Position numbers and translations under genes: made by a program | From: Candidatus Thorarchaeota archaeon | GTDB lineage: Archaea; Asgardarchaeota; Thorarchaeia; Thorarchaeales; Thorarchaeaceae | DNA length: 32,000 nt | Assembly (NCBI GenBank): GCA_008080745.1 | Contig: SHMX01000003.1 | Coordinates: 390,001 to 422,000 of the forward strand | Direction: 5' to 3' | The notes under the pieces: generated by a model | What the model was told of the DNA's origin: nothing | Seen by the model: the letters and a program-made list of their open reading frames with translations, nothing else | Databases searched by the model: none | Shown: piece after piece, positions 8,617-16,233 of the stretch | How the letters are laid out: every line of letters begins with the position of its first letter | Numbering within the stretch: position 1 is the first letter of the stretch

Positions 8617-9819
8617 ATGGACTTCTCACTAACAAAAGAGGAACAAGAGCTCTATGAGAAAGCTAAAACTTTCACAAAGGAGCATATTACTCCAAAGGCT
8701 CACGAGCTTGAAAAGAAAGATGAATTCCCAGCAGATGTTGTCCAAAAAGCCTACGAAGCTGGGCTCATGAACTTGCATATACCTAAGGAAGCTGGTGGTC
8801 CGGGAATGTCCTTGTTAGCAGAAACTTTTGTGTCTGAAGCAACAGGATATGGATGTGCAGGAATTGCTACCTCAATTATGTGTAACAACTTAGCTTTTGC
8901 TCCACTTGTAATTGGTGCGACTATTGATCAACTCAAGAAATACGTTCAGCCACTTATAACAGAAAAGGAACCAAAGTTTGGAGGATTCTGTCTTACTGAG
9001 AGAAAGGCAGGATCTGATGCCGCAGGCGTGGCAACCCGAGCTGAACGAGATGGCGATGAATACATCATAAACGGTACAAAATGCTTCATTACGAATGGAC
9101 CTCAATCATCCCTATTTACAGTATTTGCCTCAACACAGCCCGAATTGAAACATAAAGGGCTCTCTGTATTCATGGTTCCCAAACAAAAGGGTGTCAAGAT
9201 AGGACATATTGAGAATAAGATGGGACAGCTCAACTCAGTTCAATCAGAGGTCATCTTTGAAGATGTACGAGTACCTCAAGATTGTCTTGTTGGAAAAGAA
9301 GGTGAAGGATTCAAGATTGCAATGATGACTCTTGACAAGACTCGAGCAGGTATTGCCGCTATTGCAACTGGTGTTGCCCAGAGAGCGCTTGATGAAGCTG
9401 CTCGATTTGCAAATATCCGTCATCAGTTTGGTAAGCCAATTGGTAGATTCCAAGGAATTAGTTTCAAGCTTGCTGACATGGGTGCACGAGTCGCAGCTGC
9501 AAGGCTTCTTACAAGATACGCTGCTTGGTTGGCGGACCGAGACCTCCCTGTATCAAAAGACTCATCCTATGCAAAGTTCTTCGCTTCCGATGCGGCTATG
9601 GAGAACGCAACTGATGCGGTGCAGATTATGGGTGGATATGGCTATCTCAGTGAGTATCCTGTTGAAAAATTGATGAGGGATGCAAAACTATTGCAGATTT
9701 ATGAGGGAACCAATGAAGTTCAAAGATTGGTTGCTGGTGGAGCAATCCTCAAGGACAGTATCAACTTAGACACTGGATTCCATGTAGAATATGATGGAAA
9801 AGACGCTCCTACTTTCTGA
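8617..9819 (+). CDS. Acyl-CoA dehydrogenase
   Basis: FCLTERKAGSDA, YIINGTKCFITNG, KMG, RHQFGKPI, QIMGGYGY..EYPVEKLMRDAK..QIYEGTNEVQR (C-terminal catalytic Glu motif). Confidence 0.97.
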   Translation: MDFSLTKEEQELYEKAKTFTKEHITPKAHELEKKDEFPADVVQKAYEAGLMNLHIPKEAGGPGMSLLAETFVSEATGYGCAGIATSIMCNNLAFAPLVIGATIDQLKKYVQPLITEKEPKFGGFCLTERKAGSDAAGVATRAERDGDEYIINGTKCFITNGPQSSLFTVFASTQPELKHKGLSVFMVPKQKGVKIGHIENKMGQLNSVQSEVIFEDVRVPQDCLVGKEGEGFKIAMMTLDKTRAGIAAIATGVAQRALDEAARFANIRHQFGKPIGRFQGISFKLADMGARVAAARLLTRYAAWLADRDLPVSKDSSYAKFFASDAAMENATDAVQIMGGYGYLSEYPVEKLMRDAKLLQIYEGTNEVQRLVAGGAILKDSINLDTGFHVEYDGKDAPTF

Positions 9820-9828
9820 GAAAATATA

Positions 9829-9856
9829 TACCGAGTGGACTTCAATCCACTTGGTA
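9829..9856 (+). terminator. Stem-loop followed by a U-rich tract after acyl-CoA dehydrogenase
   Basis: TACCGAGTGGA-CTTCAA-TCCACTTGGTA forms an 11-bp stem with one G:U pair. It is followed by ATCTTCTTTTATTTT. Confidence 0.6.
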
Positions 9857-10022
9857 ATCTTCTTTTATTTTGAAGATAGCCAAGAATTATGGTAAACGGA
9901 TAGCTGAGGTAACACGATCTCTATTTGATTAAGAGTTATTATTAGAGAAGTTCTCATCTTCCGCCACACTTAAGACTACCAAGTCTTTCAACGTCAACAT
10001 CATTCGATGGAGAGACCCATCT

Positions 10023-10766
10023 TTGGAAGACAATGAAGTCATCAGGATGATCAAAAACAGAAGAGCAATCAGAGACTATGATACCTCAAAGGATGTTTCT
10101 GATGAACTCATCTATAAAATAATTGAAGCGGGTGGTTATGCGCCTAGTGCTGAAAATCAACAGCCCTGGCGTGTTATCGTCGTACGAGATAAAGAATTGC
10201 AGAAGTTCATTGGTCAAAAGGCTGTTGAAAGAACAATCCTGCTCTTTGGTCGCGCAACACCCCGGGAAGAACTCGAACGCAGACTCAGCTATATCAAGTC
10301 AAAGGCATCACTGGAAAGAACCATTGATATTTTGATTTCTGGAGCTAGATTCGAATATATCAAAGGTGAACCTGAAACTGATGGTGCACCAGTACTATTG
10401 GTCCTCTGTATCGACCAGACACATGTTGGAAACTCACAACCAACTCTAAGGGGTACTGGTGGCGTCTATGGTTGGTCAAGCCCACGTCATGCAGTGATAG
10501 CAGGATCTATGATGATGCAGAATATGGCACTTGCAGCAGCAGCATTAGGACTTGGAACCTGTGTATCCTCAGTGCAACTGGATCACTTTGACGATATCGA
10601 AGAAATTAGCGATAAGTTAGGTGTTCCATTACCTCACTGGAAACCGATATTGTGTCTTACTGTGGGATATCCGAAATTCGAGAGAACATTAGGTCCTCCC
10701 AGACAACCCCCAGAAGAGATAGCATTTCTGAATCATTGGGATAAACCATTTGAGGTCAAGGAGTGA
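10023..10766 (+). CDS. Nitroreductase-family flavoprotein
   Basis: IKNRRAIRDY, APSAENQQPWRVIVV, QNMALAAAALGLGTC, ILCLTVGYP. Confidence 0.92.
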   Translation: MEDNEVIRMIKNRRAIRDYDTSKDVSDELIYKIIEAGGYAPSAENQQPWRVIVVRDKELQKFIGQKAVERTILLFGRATPREELERRLSYIKSKASLERTIDILISGARFEYIKGEPETDGAPVLLVLCIDQTHVGNSQPTLRGTGGVYGWSSPRHAVIAGSMMMQNMALAAAALGLGTCVSSVQLDHFDDIEEISDKLGVPLPHWKPILCLTVGYPKFERTLGPPRQPPEEIAFLNHWDKPFEVKE

Positions 10767-11320
10767 TAAGAATGACTGAACTTACAATTCTAAGAAAAGC
10801 ATTTGTTACCGTGCTTGATGGATTATGGTGGGGACTCAGGGATAATACCGGACCATTATCAATGTATGATGGGTACATCCGTGGGTTCCATGACGTAGGG
10901 AAAGAAGCTGCTGAAAATGCAGATGGTAAGGGAGCAAAAGACGCTGCCAAGATTGCCTTGGATGTATTCACCGCAATTGGCCTCGATGCCGAACTTGAAG
11001 GAACAACCATCAAGGTAAAAGAATGTCCTTTGTGGGAGAGAATCAAGGAGAAAGGCCTCGAATATGCATGGCATGTGGAAGAAATCTGTTGGAAGCCTAT
11101 GTTAGAAGGTATTGGTGAGAAAACAGGTTCGAAAGCTACTGTTGAAACATCACTTCGACTGATTCACAATGAACATGCCCGGGTTGAATACCGAAAGGGT
11201 AAAGCGCAGAGAAATCTTGATGCTGGCAAAATAGATGAAACAGAATACAAAAAGCAGATTTCTGTTTTGGAAGAGAGCATCAAGACTCTTCCTGAAGTAG
11301 GTATCTACCGATTCGAATAA
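10763..11320 (+). CDS. V4R/ATC-hydrolase-like hypothetical protein with a C-terminal SHOCT-like helix pair
   Basis: DGLWW motif, IKVKECPLW...EEIC Cys pattern, and C-terminal LDAGKIDETEYKKQISVL. It overlaps the nitroreductase stop. The start may be MTELT. Confidence 0.6.
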   Translation: MIRMTELTILRKAFVTVLDGLWWGLRDNTGPLSMYDGYIRGFHDVGKEAAENADGKGAKDAAKIALDVFTAIGLDAELEGTTIKVKECPLWERIKEKGLEYAWHVEEICWKPMLEGIGEKTGSKATVETSLRLIHNEHARVEYRKGKAQRNLDAGKIDETEYKKQISVLEESIKTLPEVGIYRFE

Positions 11321-11366
11321 AGGCAAACAAAAACATATTGACCACAGACCTTGGAAGTTCGTCACA

Positions 11367-12632
11367 ATGGAAAATCTCGAAAAAGCTGGTCTTGCAGTCA
11401 ACTACAATAGAATTGAATCAACCCGACCGAAAACTCTACCTAAAAGAGTGCACATCTGGGATGAAACACTTCGTGATGGAGAGCAGACCCCGGGTGTGGC
11501 TCTTACTATTGACGAAAAGATCGAAATAGCAAAAATGCTTGATGAGATTGGTTGTAGTATAGTTGTTGTCGGATTTCCAGCCGTGAGCGATGACGAGAAA
11601 AGGTCTGTGGCAACTATTGCAAGAGAGGGCCTCAGCAAAGCAATTGTTGGGGCTCCTGCTCGTGCTGTAATTTCTGACATTGATGCCTGTATTGAAGCAG
11701 ATGTTACCGAGGTACCTATCTTCATTGCCACATCAGATTTTAGATTGAAATACCAGCTGAGAATGACCCGTGAAGAAGTGCTTGAGCGATTAACCAAGTG
11801 TGTAGAGTATGGGAAAGATCACGGACTAACTATTGATTATATCGCAGAGGATTCGACCCGTAGTGATATTGAATTTCTATGTAAAGCATACAAGACAGCT
11901 ATCGATGCAGGAGCTGACAAAATATGTGTTGCAGATACTGTTGGATTCGTCAGGCCTCTGGTAATGAAACACATCATGAAAGAAATCAAGAGTCGGCTTT
12001 GGAAAGATAAGAGATACAAAGTACCCATTGCAGTTCATTGTCATGATGATTTTGGATTAGCCTGCGCAAACACATTAGCAGCAGTGGAGGAAGGAGCAAC
12101 ATATACACATGTTTGTGTCAATGGTTATGGTGAACGTGCTGGAAATGCAGCCTTTGAAGAGGTAGTAATGTCACTCGAGGAGCTCTATCAAGTAGATACC
12201 GGAATTGATACCGAACGAATCTACGCATTATCAAGAGTGGTTGAGAAGCATTTCATGGTTCCTTTGCCACTTCATAAAGCGATCACAGGAGATAATGCAT
12301 TTACACATTCAAGTGGAATCCATTCTCATGGACAACTCACCCATTCTATGACCTATGAGCCCATTAGCCCCAGTAGAGTAGGAAGAAGAAGAGAATTTCA
12401 TCTTGGAAAATTTGTTGGAAGGCACTTTGTTGAATATCTGCTCAAGATGGGTGGCATTCAAGCTTCTCCAGTAGAAGTGAGAGAGATTACAGACCGAGTA
12501 AAGAGAACACACGAAGATTTGAAGAAAGGTCAGTCAAAGGACCATTTTGAAGAAATAAAGCAAAATCTCCAAGACTTGCGAACAGGAGTGTCTGAACGCG
12601 AATTCTGGGCAATCGTTTTTGATATAGTTTAG
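11367..12632 (+). CDS. 2-isopropylmalate/homocitrate/citramalate synthase family enzyme (DRE-TIM), no LeuA-type regulatory domain
   Basis: DETLRDGEQTPG, AEDSTR, ADTVG, HCHDDFG, NGYGERAGNA, HSSGIH. At 421 aa it is too short for a LeuA dimer regulatory domain. Confidence 0.93.
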   Translation: MENLEKAGLAVNYNRIESTRPKTLPKRVHIWDETLRDGEQTPGVALTIDEKIEIAKMLDEIGCSIVVVGFPAVSDDEKRSVATIAREGLSKAIVGAPARAVISDIDACIEADVTEVPIFIATSDFRLKYQLRMTREEVLERLTKCVEYGKDHGLTIDYIAEDSTRSDIEFLCKAYKTAIDAGADKICVADTVGFVRPLVMKHIMKEIKSRLWKDKRYKVPIAVHCHDDFGLACANTLAAVEEGATYTHVCVNGYGERAGNAAFEEVVMSLEELYQVDTGIDTERIYALSRVVEKHFMVPLPLHKAITGDNAFTHSSGIHSHGQLTHSMTYEPISPSRVGRRREFHLGKFVGRHFVEYLLKMGGIQASPVEVREITDRVKRTHEDLKKGQSKDHFEEIKQNLQDLRTGVSEREFWAIVFDIV

Positions 12633-13372
12633 TTCTCCGATTCTTCATCGAGTTGTTTTTCTAATCTATGCCGCAGAATAACCCCTACATCAGTTATCAA
12701 TATGCATGTTAGAAAGGTCAAGCCAAAAATTGTGATAGCAGTAATGTCCGATAGCCATTCGTTCATCCATATTCTGAAGGCAATCTGAGCAATAAAGAAT
12801 AAGGTACCAACTAGTAGAGAGAGTTTAACCCCCACCTCAAATACCTGAGTAGCTCGATTCGAAGACTTTGTGATAGATTCCAAATTAATCGAATTCTTTG
12901 GTGCTTCAACCCTAACAAAATTGCCCGCTATTAGTTGTTTCTTAACAAATTCATTCAGTAGTTTGGGAGGTAGCTTTGTTGGTTCGACCTCGATAAATGT
13001 CCCTCGAATGTATTTGAGAGCTACACCGCCCGTGAACAATGCCAATACAATCATGACAATAAAGTAGATTACAATCTGCCAAAAGGCGAAGAGAGCTAGG
13101 GTAATCAACATGATAGCAAATACGCATATGATTTCAAATATGCCCCCTGCACTCTCAACTCCACCATCAAAAAGGAAGAGCAAACGCTTCATTGCGCGAA
13201 CATTCACCCAAGTATGATATGAATGTTGATCACAATCACCAATATTTTCTTTGAAAGATGTAAGAACCGAACGTTCTTCTCCACCATACACAGTGATTAT
13301 CACAGACCGCTCTCCATCTATTATTGATGGTTCGAAAGGCTCTATGTCATTTTCACTTGTTGGTGATGCCAT
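12629..13372 (-). CDS. Hypothetical multi-pass membrane protein
   Basis: 247-aa ORF with about 4 hydrophobic segments. It overlaps the upstream convergent gene stop by 4 nt. Confidence 0.75.
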   Translation of the reverse strand: MASPTSENDIEPFEPSIIDGERSVIITVYGGEERSVLTSFKENIGDCDQHSYHTWVNVRAMKRLLFLFDGGVESAGGIFEIICVFAIMLITLALFAFWQIVIYFIVMIVLALFTGGVALKYIRGTFIEVEPTKLPPKLLNEFVKKQLIAGNFVRVEAPKNSINLESITKSSNRATQVFEVGVKLSLLVGTLFFIAQIAFRIWMNEWLSDITAITIFGLTFLTCILITDVGVILRHRLEKQLDEESEN

Positions 13373-13400
13373 GATGAGTCAGTAATCTGAAACTAACAGG

Positions 13401-13439
13401 ATTATATGAAACTATTGAGCATTATATTTATTTTAAGTA
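13401..13439. promoter_or_regulatory. Divergent TATA-like elements
   Basis: ATTATAT (reverse strand, ~30 nt before ATG 13372) and TTATATTTATTTTAAG (~20-30 nt before ATG 13456) are consistent with near-leaderless archaeal promoters. Confidence 0.4.
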
Positions 13440-13455
13440 GCAATCAAATCAGGAT

Positions 13456-14166
13456 ATGTCTGATGTCTTTGGTAAAATTATGGAGGATGCAATAGCAGGA
13501 GTCAAGGCAGTCTATACCATTGAACGAGATGATGGATACACAACCGAAGGACCGGTAGAACAATACATTGCAGCTATTGATGAATGGTTTGAATGTGAAC
13601 GAGATGCTATTGTCTTAGCAAAAGGAAAGGTGCTTGACATAGGATCTGGAGCAGGTCGGGTTTTACAATATCTACATGGAAAAGGAATCGAAGCAGTAGG
13701 AATAGACAATTCTTCAGCGGCAATCGCTGCGTGCAAGTCTCAAGGTATTACGAATGTAGAGATCATGTCAGCAACAGAATTAGATTTTGAGGAAAATACA
13801 TTCGATACCGTTGTGATGTATGGAAATAATTTTGGTATTCTTGGAGATGTGGATATGGTCGTAGAAATGTTAAGGGATATTCACAGGATTACCAAAAAAG
13901 ATTCCATTATTTTAGCATGTAGCAGAGATCCAGAGAAAACCGATAACGAAGCACATCTAAGATATCACCAACAGAATCGTGAAAAGGGTCTATTACCAGG
14001 ATTGGTCAAACTCAGAATCAAATACAAAGGTCTGATTGGGGACTGGTTTGATCTATTGATGGTTAATCAACAAGATATGGAGAAAATAGCCACACAGGCC
14101 GGTTGGACTGTAGACAGAATATTCACTTCCGACAGCCTTTATGTAGGAGTATTGAAAAAAGGTTAG
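13456..14166 (+). CDS. Class I SAM-dependent methyltransferase
   Basis: Motif I VLDIGSGAGR, GID.S..AI, FDTVVMYGNNFG. Confidence 0.93.
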   Translation: MSDVFGKIMEDAIAGVKAVYTIERDDGYTTEGPVEQYIAAIDEWFECERDAIVLAKGKVLDIGSGAGRVLQYLHGKGIEAVGIDNSSAAIAACKSQGITNVEIMSATELDFEENTFDTVVMYGNNFGILGDVDMVVEMLRDIHRITKKDSIILACSRDPEKTDNEAHLRYHQQNREKGLLPGLVKLRIKYKGLIGDWFDLLMVNQQDMEKIATQAGWTVDRIFTSDSLYVGVLKKG

Positions 14167-14477
14167 AAGGTCATTAGTAGATAGATTCAGTTTTATCTCC
14201 TATTAGTTCAATGTAATCTAGGATTGCTCTTTCAGATTCGTCTTTGTGAGATAGTTTATCCATAGGGTGTCAAACAGATGCTAATAACTTGGACATATCT
14301 GGACAAAAAACGATAGGAGCTTAGATAGGGTGATACAGAATGAAGTGCTGGTTGAAAGACATAGTATCCCTGACCATGACAGAATCTGGCCCAGTACCGT
14401 TGCCTGGGAGGCCAACGCTCTGATGTCCAAGATTGTCTATAAAACAATGAACGGTGTGCATCTAACGTTGTAACAGT

Positions 14478-14969
14478 CTAAACCTCTGTAGTTGTATCAA
14501 TACTAGCCGTGGTCTTGAAAAATGGAACCTGACTGCTTCTGCTAAGAATCAGAGGAACTGGTACAACTAAAATGTAAGTTAGTAGAGCAAAAGTGGCAAC
14601 AATTTGAGCTGGATAGATATCGAGAAATCCATTACGAAAGACGAACCATAGTAACGTGAAACAAATGGAATGTCCAACCGCTACATCTATCCCCTTTGTC
14701 CATGTGAATACAGGCTTCACAAATTTCGTGGTACCTTTCACGAGGTTAGATCTATTAGATGGAAGAAAGTAAACCAAAACGAAAGAGCTCAGAATTCCAC
14801 CAAGTATAGGTAATGTGAATATTTCAGGTATAAGAGAATTGATAATCCAGAAATAACAAAGTATGCCAGAAAGAGCTGCGCAGAGAATACCCCATGCTGG
14901 ATGCTCTTCAAAAATGTACCTGAGTTCCTTCTCTTTCTTTTCTTGTTCCGTATCCACAGGTGATTCCAT
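14478..14969 (-). CDS. Hypothetical membrane protein (about 4 TM)
   Basis: 163-aa ORF with four hydrophobic stretches. Confidence 0.75.
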   Translation of the reverse strand: MESPVDTEQEKKEKELRYIFEEHPAWGILCAALSGILCYFWIINSLIPEIFTLPILGGILSSFVLVYFLPSNRSNLVKGTTKFVKPVFTWTKGIDVAVGHSICFTLLWFVFRNGFLDIYPAQIVATFALLTYILVVPVPLILSRSSQVPFFKTTASIDTTTEV

Positions 14970-15053
14970 AGCGTTCTATCGATATTTGACCCATATAACA
15001 ATTCTCGCATTGTGCAGACACTATACTTTTAGAGGGCTTTTCCCTAGTGGGAT

Positions 15054-15467
15054 ATGGAGAAAATCACAATGCCAGAGTTCTCATTTCGACAATACTGCAG
15101 TGTGTGCGGAAACAAAATCCAACATACAATAAAAGTAGCCATTGCACCAGAGATGACCCGTGCGGAGGTAACCTGTGATAAATGTCAGGACCATACGAAC
15201 ATGCTTCTGACCACATGTCCAGATTGTCTGAAGGCCTTTCAGTACTTCATCTCAGATTTGGATTTTGTAGAGGAAGTTCAACGTTTGTCTGGTGCCTATG
15301 TAAGACTGATTGCAGGAATTCGAGACAGCTTGAAAGAAGTGATTGAAGAATTCAAGGTACCCGTACCAAAGAAATGGTCTGTTGGTTTAGAATGCACATG
15401 TGGGAATGAATTCACTGCTGAAGTGCCATTACCCCAATTAGAGGATATGAAGAGTGGAACCAGCTAG
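15054..15467 (+). CDS. Cys-rich putative Zn-binding protein
   Basis: CSVC, CDKC, CPDC and a distal CTC give eight cysteines in four pairs. Confidence 0.8.
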   Translation: MEKITMPEFSFRQYCSVCGNKIQHTIKVAIAPEMTRAEVTCDKCQDHTNMLLTTCPDCLKAFQYFISDLDFVEEVQRLSGAYVRLIAGIRDSLKEVIEEFKVPVPKKWSVGLECTCGNEFTAEVPLPQLEDMKSGTS

Positions 15468-15513
15468 AAGAAAATAACTCCGAAAAGTCTAGCATTCTAC
15501 GTTACTAAGAGAA

Positions 15514-15975
15514 CTATTCTACTACTACTATCTCTGCATTCAGATGAACGGGACAGCTCATTGAATTAGAAACTACGCAGTAACGATGAGCTCGATCAGC
15601 TGCCTTCTCCATTTTCTTCTTGTCCTTTGCTGTAGGGACAGTGATGGTGGCATTGATAGTCATTTCAGCAAATTCCCAACCATATTCGCCCTGTTTGAGA
15701 TGACCCTCTACGGAGATGTCAAAAGAATGAAATTCTGCACGATATTTTTTCGACACCCCAGAGAGTGACACACCATAACAAGACACTGCAGATGCTAAAA
15801 ATAGATCTTCTGGAGATAAAATACCCTCTGGAGATTCCTCCCAGAAATCAGGAGGTGTAGCAACCTCGAACTCGGGCTTCCCGGCAATCCTAATGCTAAC
15901 AATCTTGTCGCTTACAAATCTACTTGTCAATTCATATTTGTGCTCCTCGGTCATGTAACCACCAACATCCATCAT
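15514..15975 (-). CDS. OsmC/Ohr-family protein
   Basis: SPEDLFLASAVSCY and the second Cys in RYCVVSNS. The start may be MTEEH. Confidence 0.9.
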   Translation of the reverse strand: MMDVGGYMTEEHKYELTSRFVSDKIVSIRIAGKPEFEVATPPDFWEESPEGILSPEDLFLASAVSCYGVSLSGVSKKYRAEFHSFDISVEGHLKQGEYGWEFAEMTINATITVPTAKDKKKMEKAADRAHRYCVVSNSMSCPVHLNAEIVVVE

Positions 15976-16055
15976 ATTTCCTTCAAATTGAATGATGTGG
16001 TAGTGGAAATTTTACAAAAATCAAAGAAGATATTAGGAAGTTCTGCAGGACTATT

Positions 16056-16179
16056 AGTGGTGGTCGAGGTTGCAGGGCACCTAGTTTCTGTAAACCTTCA
16101 ATCAGTACGATTGTAAGGCAGACCATGCCCTCATAACTCCCCCCTCCTACCAGTTGCCCCGCGGACCGAAACCACCACT
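16056..16179 (-). ncRNA. Candidate structured ncRNA / cis-regulatory RNA (124 nt), unassigned family
   Basis: The ends pair: GUGGUGGU/ACCACCAC, GGU/ACC, GCGGGGCA/UGCCCUGC and CUGGU/ACUAG. There is an internal hairpin GCCUU-A-CAAUC-GUACU-GAUUG-AAGGU. Several pairs are G:U on the minus strand but A:C mismatches on the plus strand. The element is GC-rich inside an AT-rich intergenic region, with a U-rich tract downstream on the minus strand. Confidence 0.55.
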
Positions 16180-16233
16180 TGATTAATTCAATATCTTGCT
16201 GTGGTTTACGTTTGGAGAAAATCAGTATGCAAG

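Noticed and set aside
9817-9872. Selenocysteine read-through of the acyl-CoA dehydrogenase UGA, prompted by the hairpin just downstream
   Set aside because: The protein is already full length, and the frame closes again after about 17 non-conserved-looking codons.
11402-11797. Longer antisense or alternate-frame ORFs (also 30717-31112, 23906-24307, 21897-22292, 27770-28108, 9332-9673 and the other short track ORFs)
   Set aside because: They overlap, mostly entirely, genes with clear family motifs and show no protein-family signal of their own.
14288-14471. Plus-strand open stretch (…LDRVIQNEVLVERHSIPDHDRIWPS…)
   Set aside because: It is preceded by two stops, has only a GTG start giving ~46 aa, and has no recognisable motif.
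16083-16106. Hammerhead ribozyme core (minus strand CUGAUUGA...GAAAC)
   Set aside because: There is an extra nucleotide in the CUGAnGA box and no viable stem II between GA and GAAA.
16056-16179. 5S rRNA (length ~124 nt with paired ends)
   Set aside because: No CCCAUCCCGAAC-type loop C. The second helix pairs with the far 3' end rather than mid-molecule, so the topology differs from 5S.
16056-16179. Y RNA-like element on the plus strand (GGUGGUCGAGG start, pyrimidine-rich loop)
   Set aside because: The resemblance is superficial. The bulged-C Ro-binding helix (GGUCCGA/UUGACC) is not formed, G:U pairs favour the minus strand, and the neighbouring vWA protein has no TROVE domain.
16056-16179. 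MITE with terminal inverted repeats, or a SECIS element
   Set aside because: No target-site duplication and no second copy in the window. The upstream vWA ORF has no in-frame UGA, and I could not build a SECIS core with helix II.
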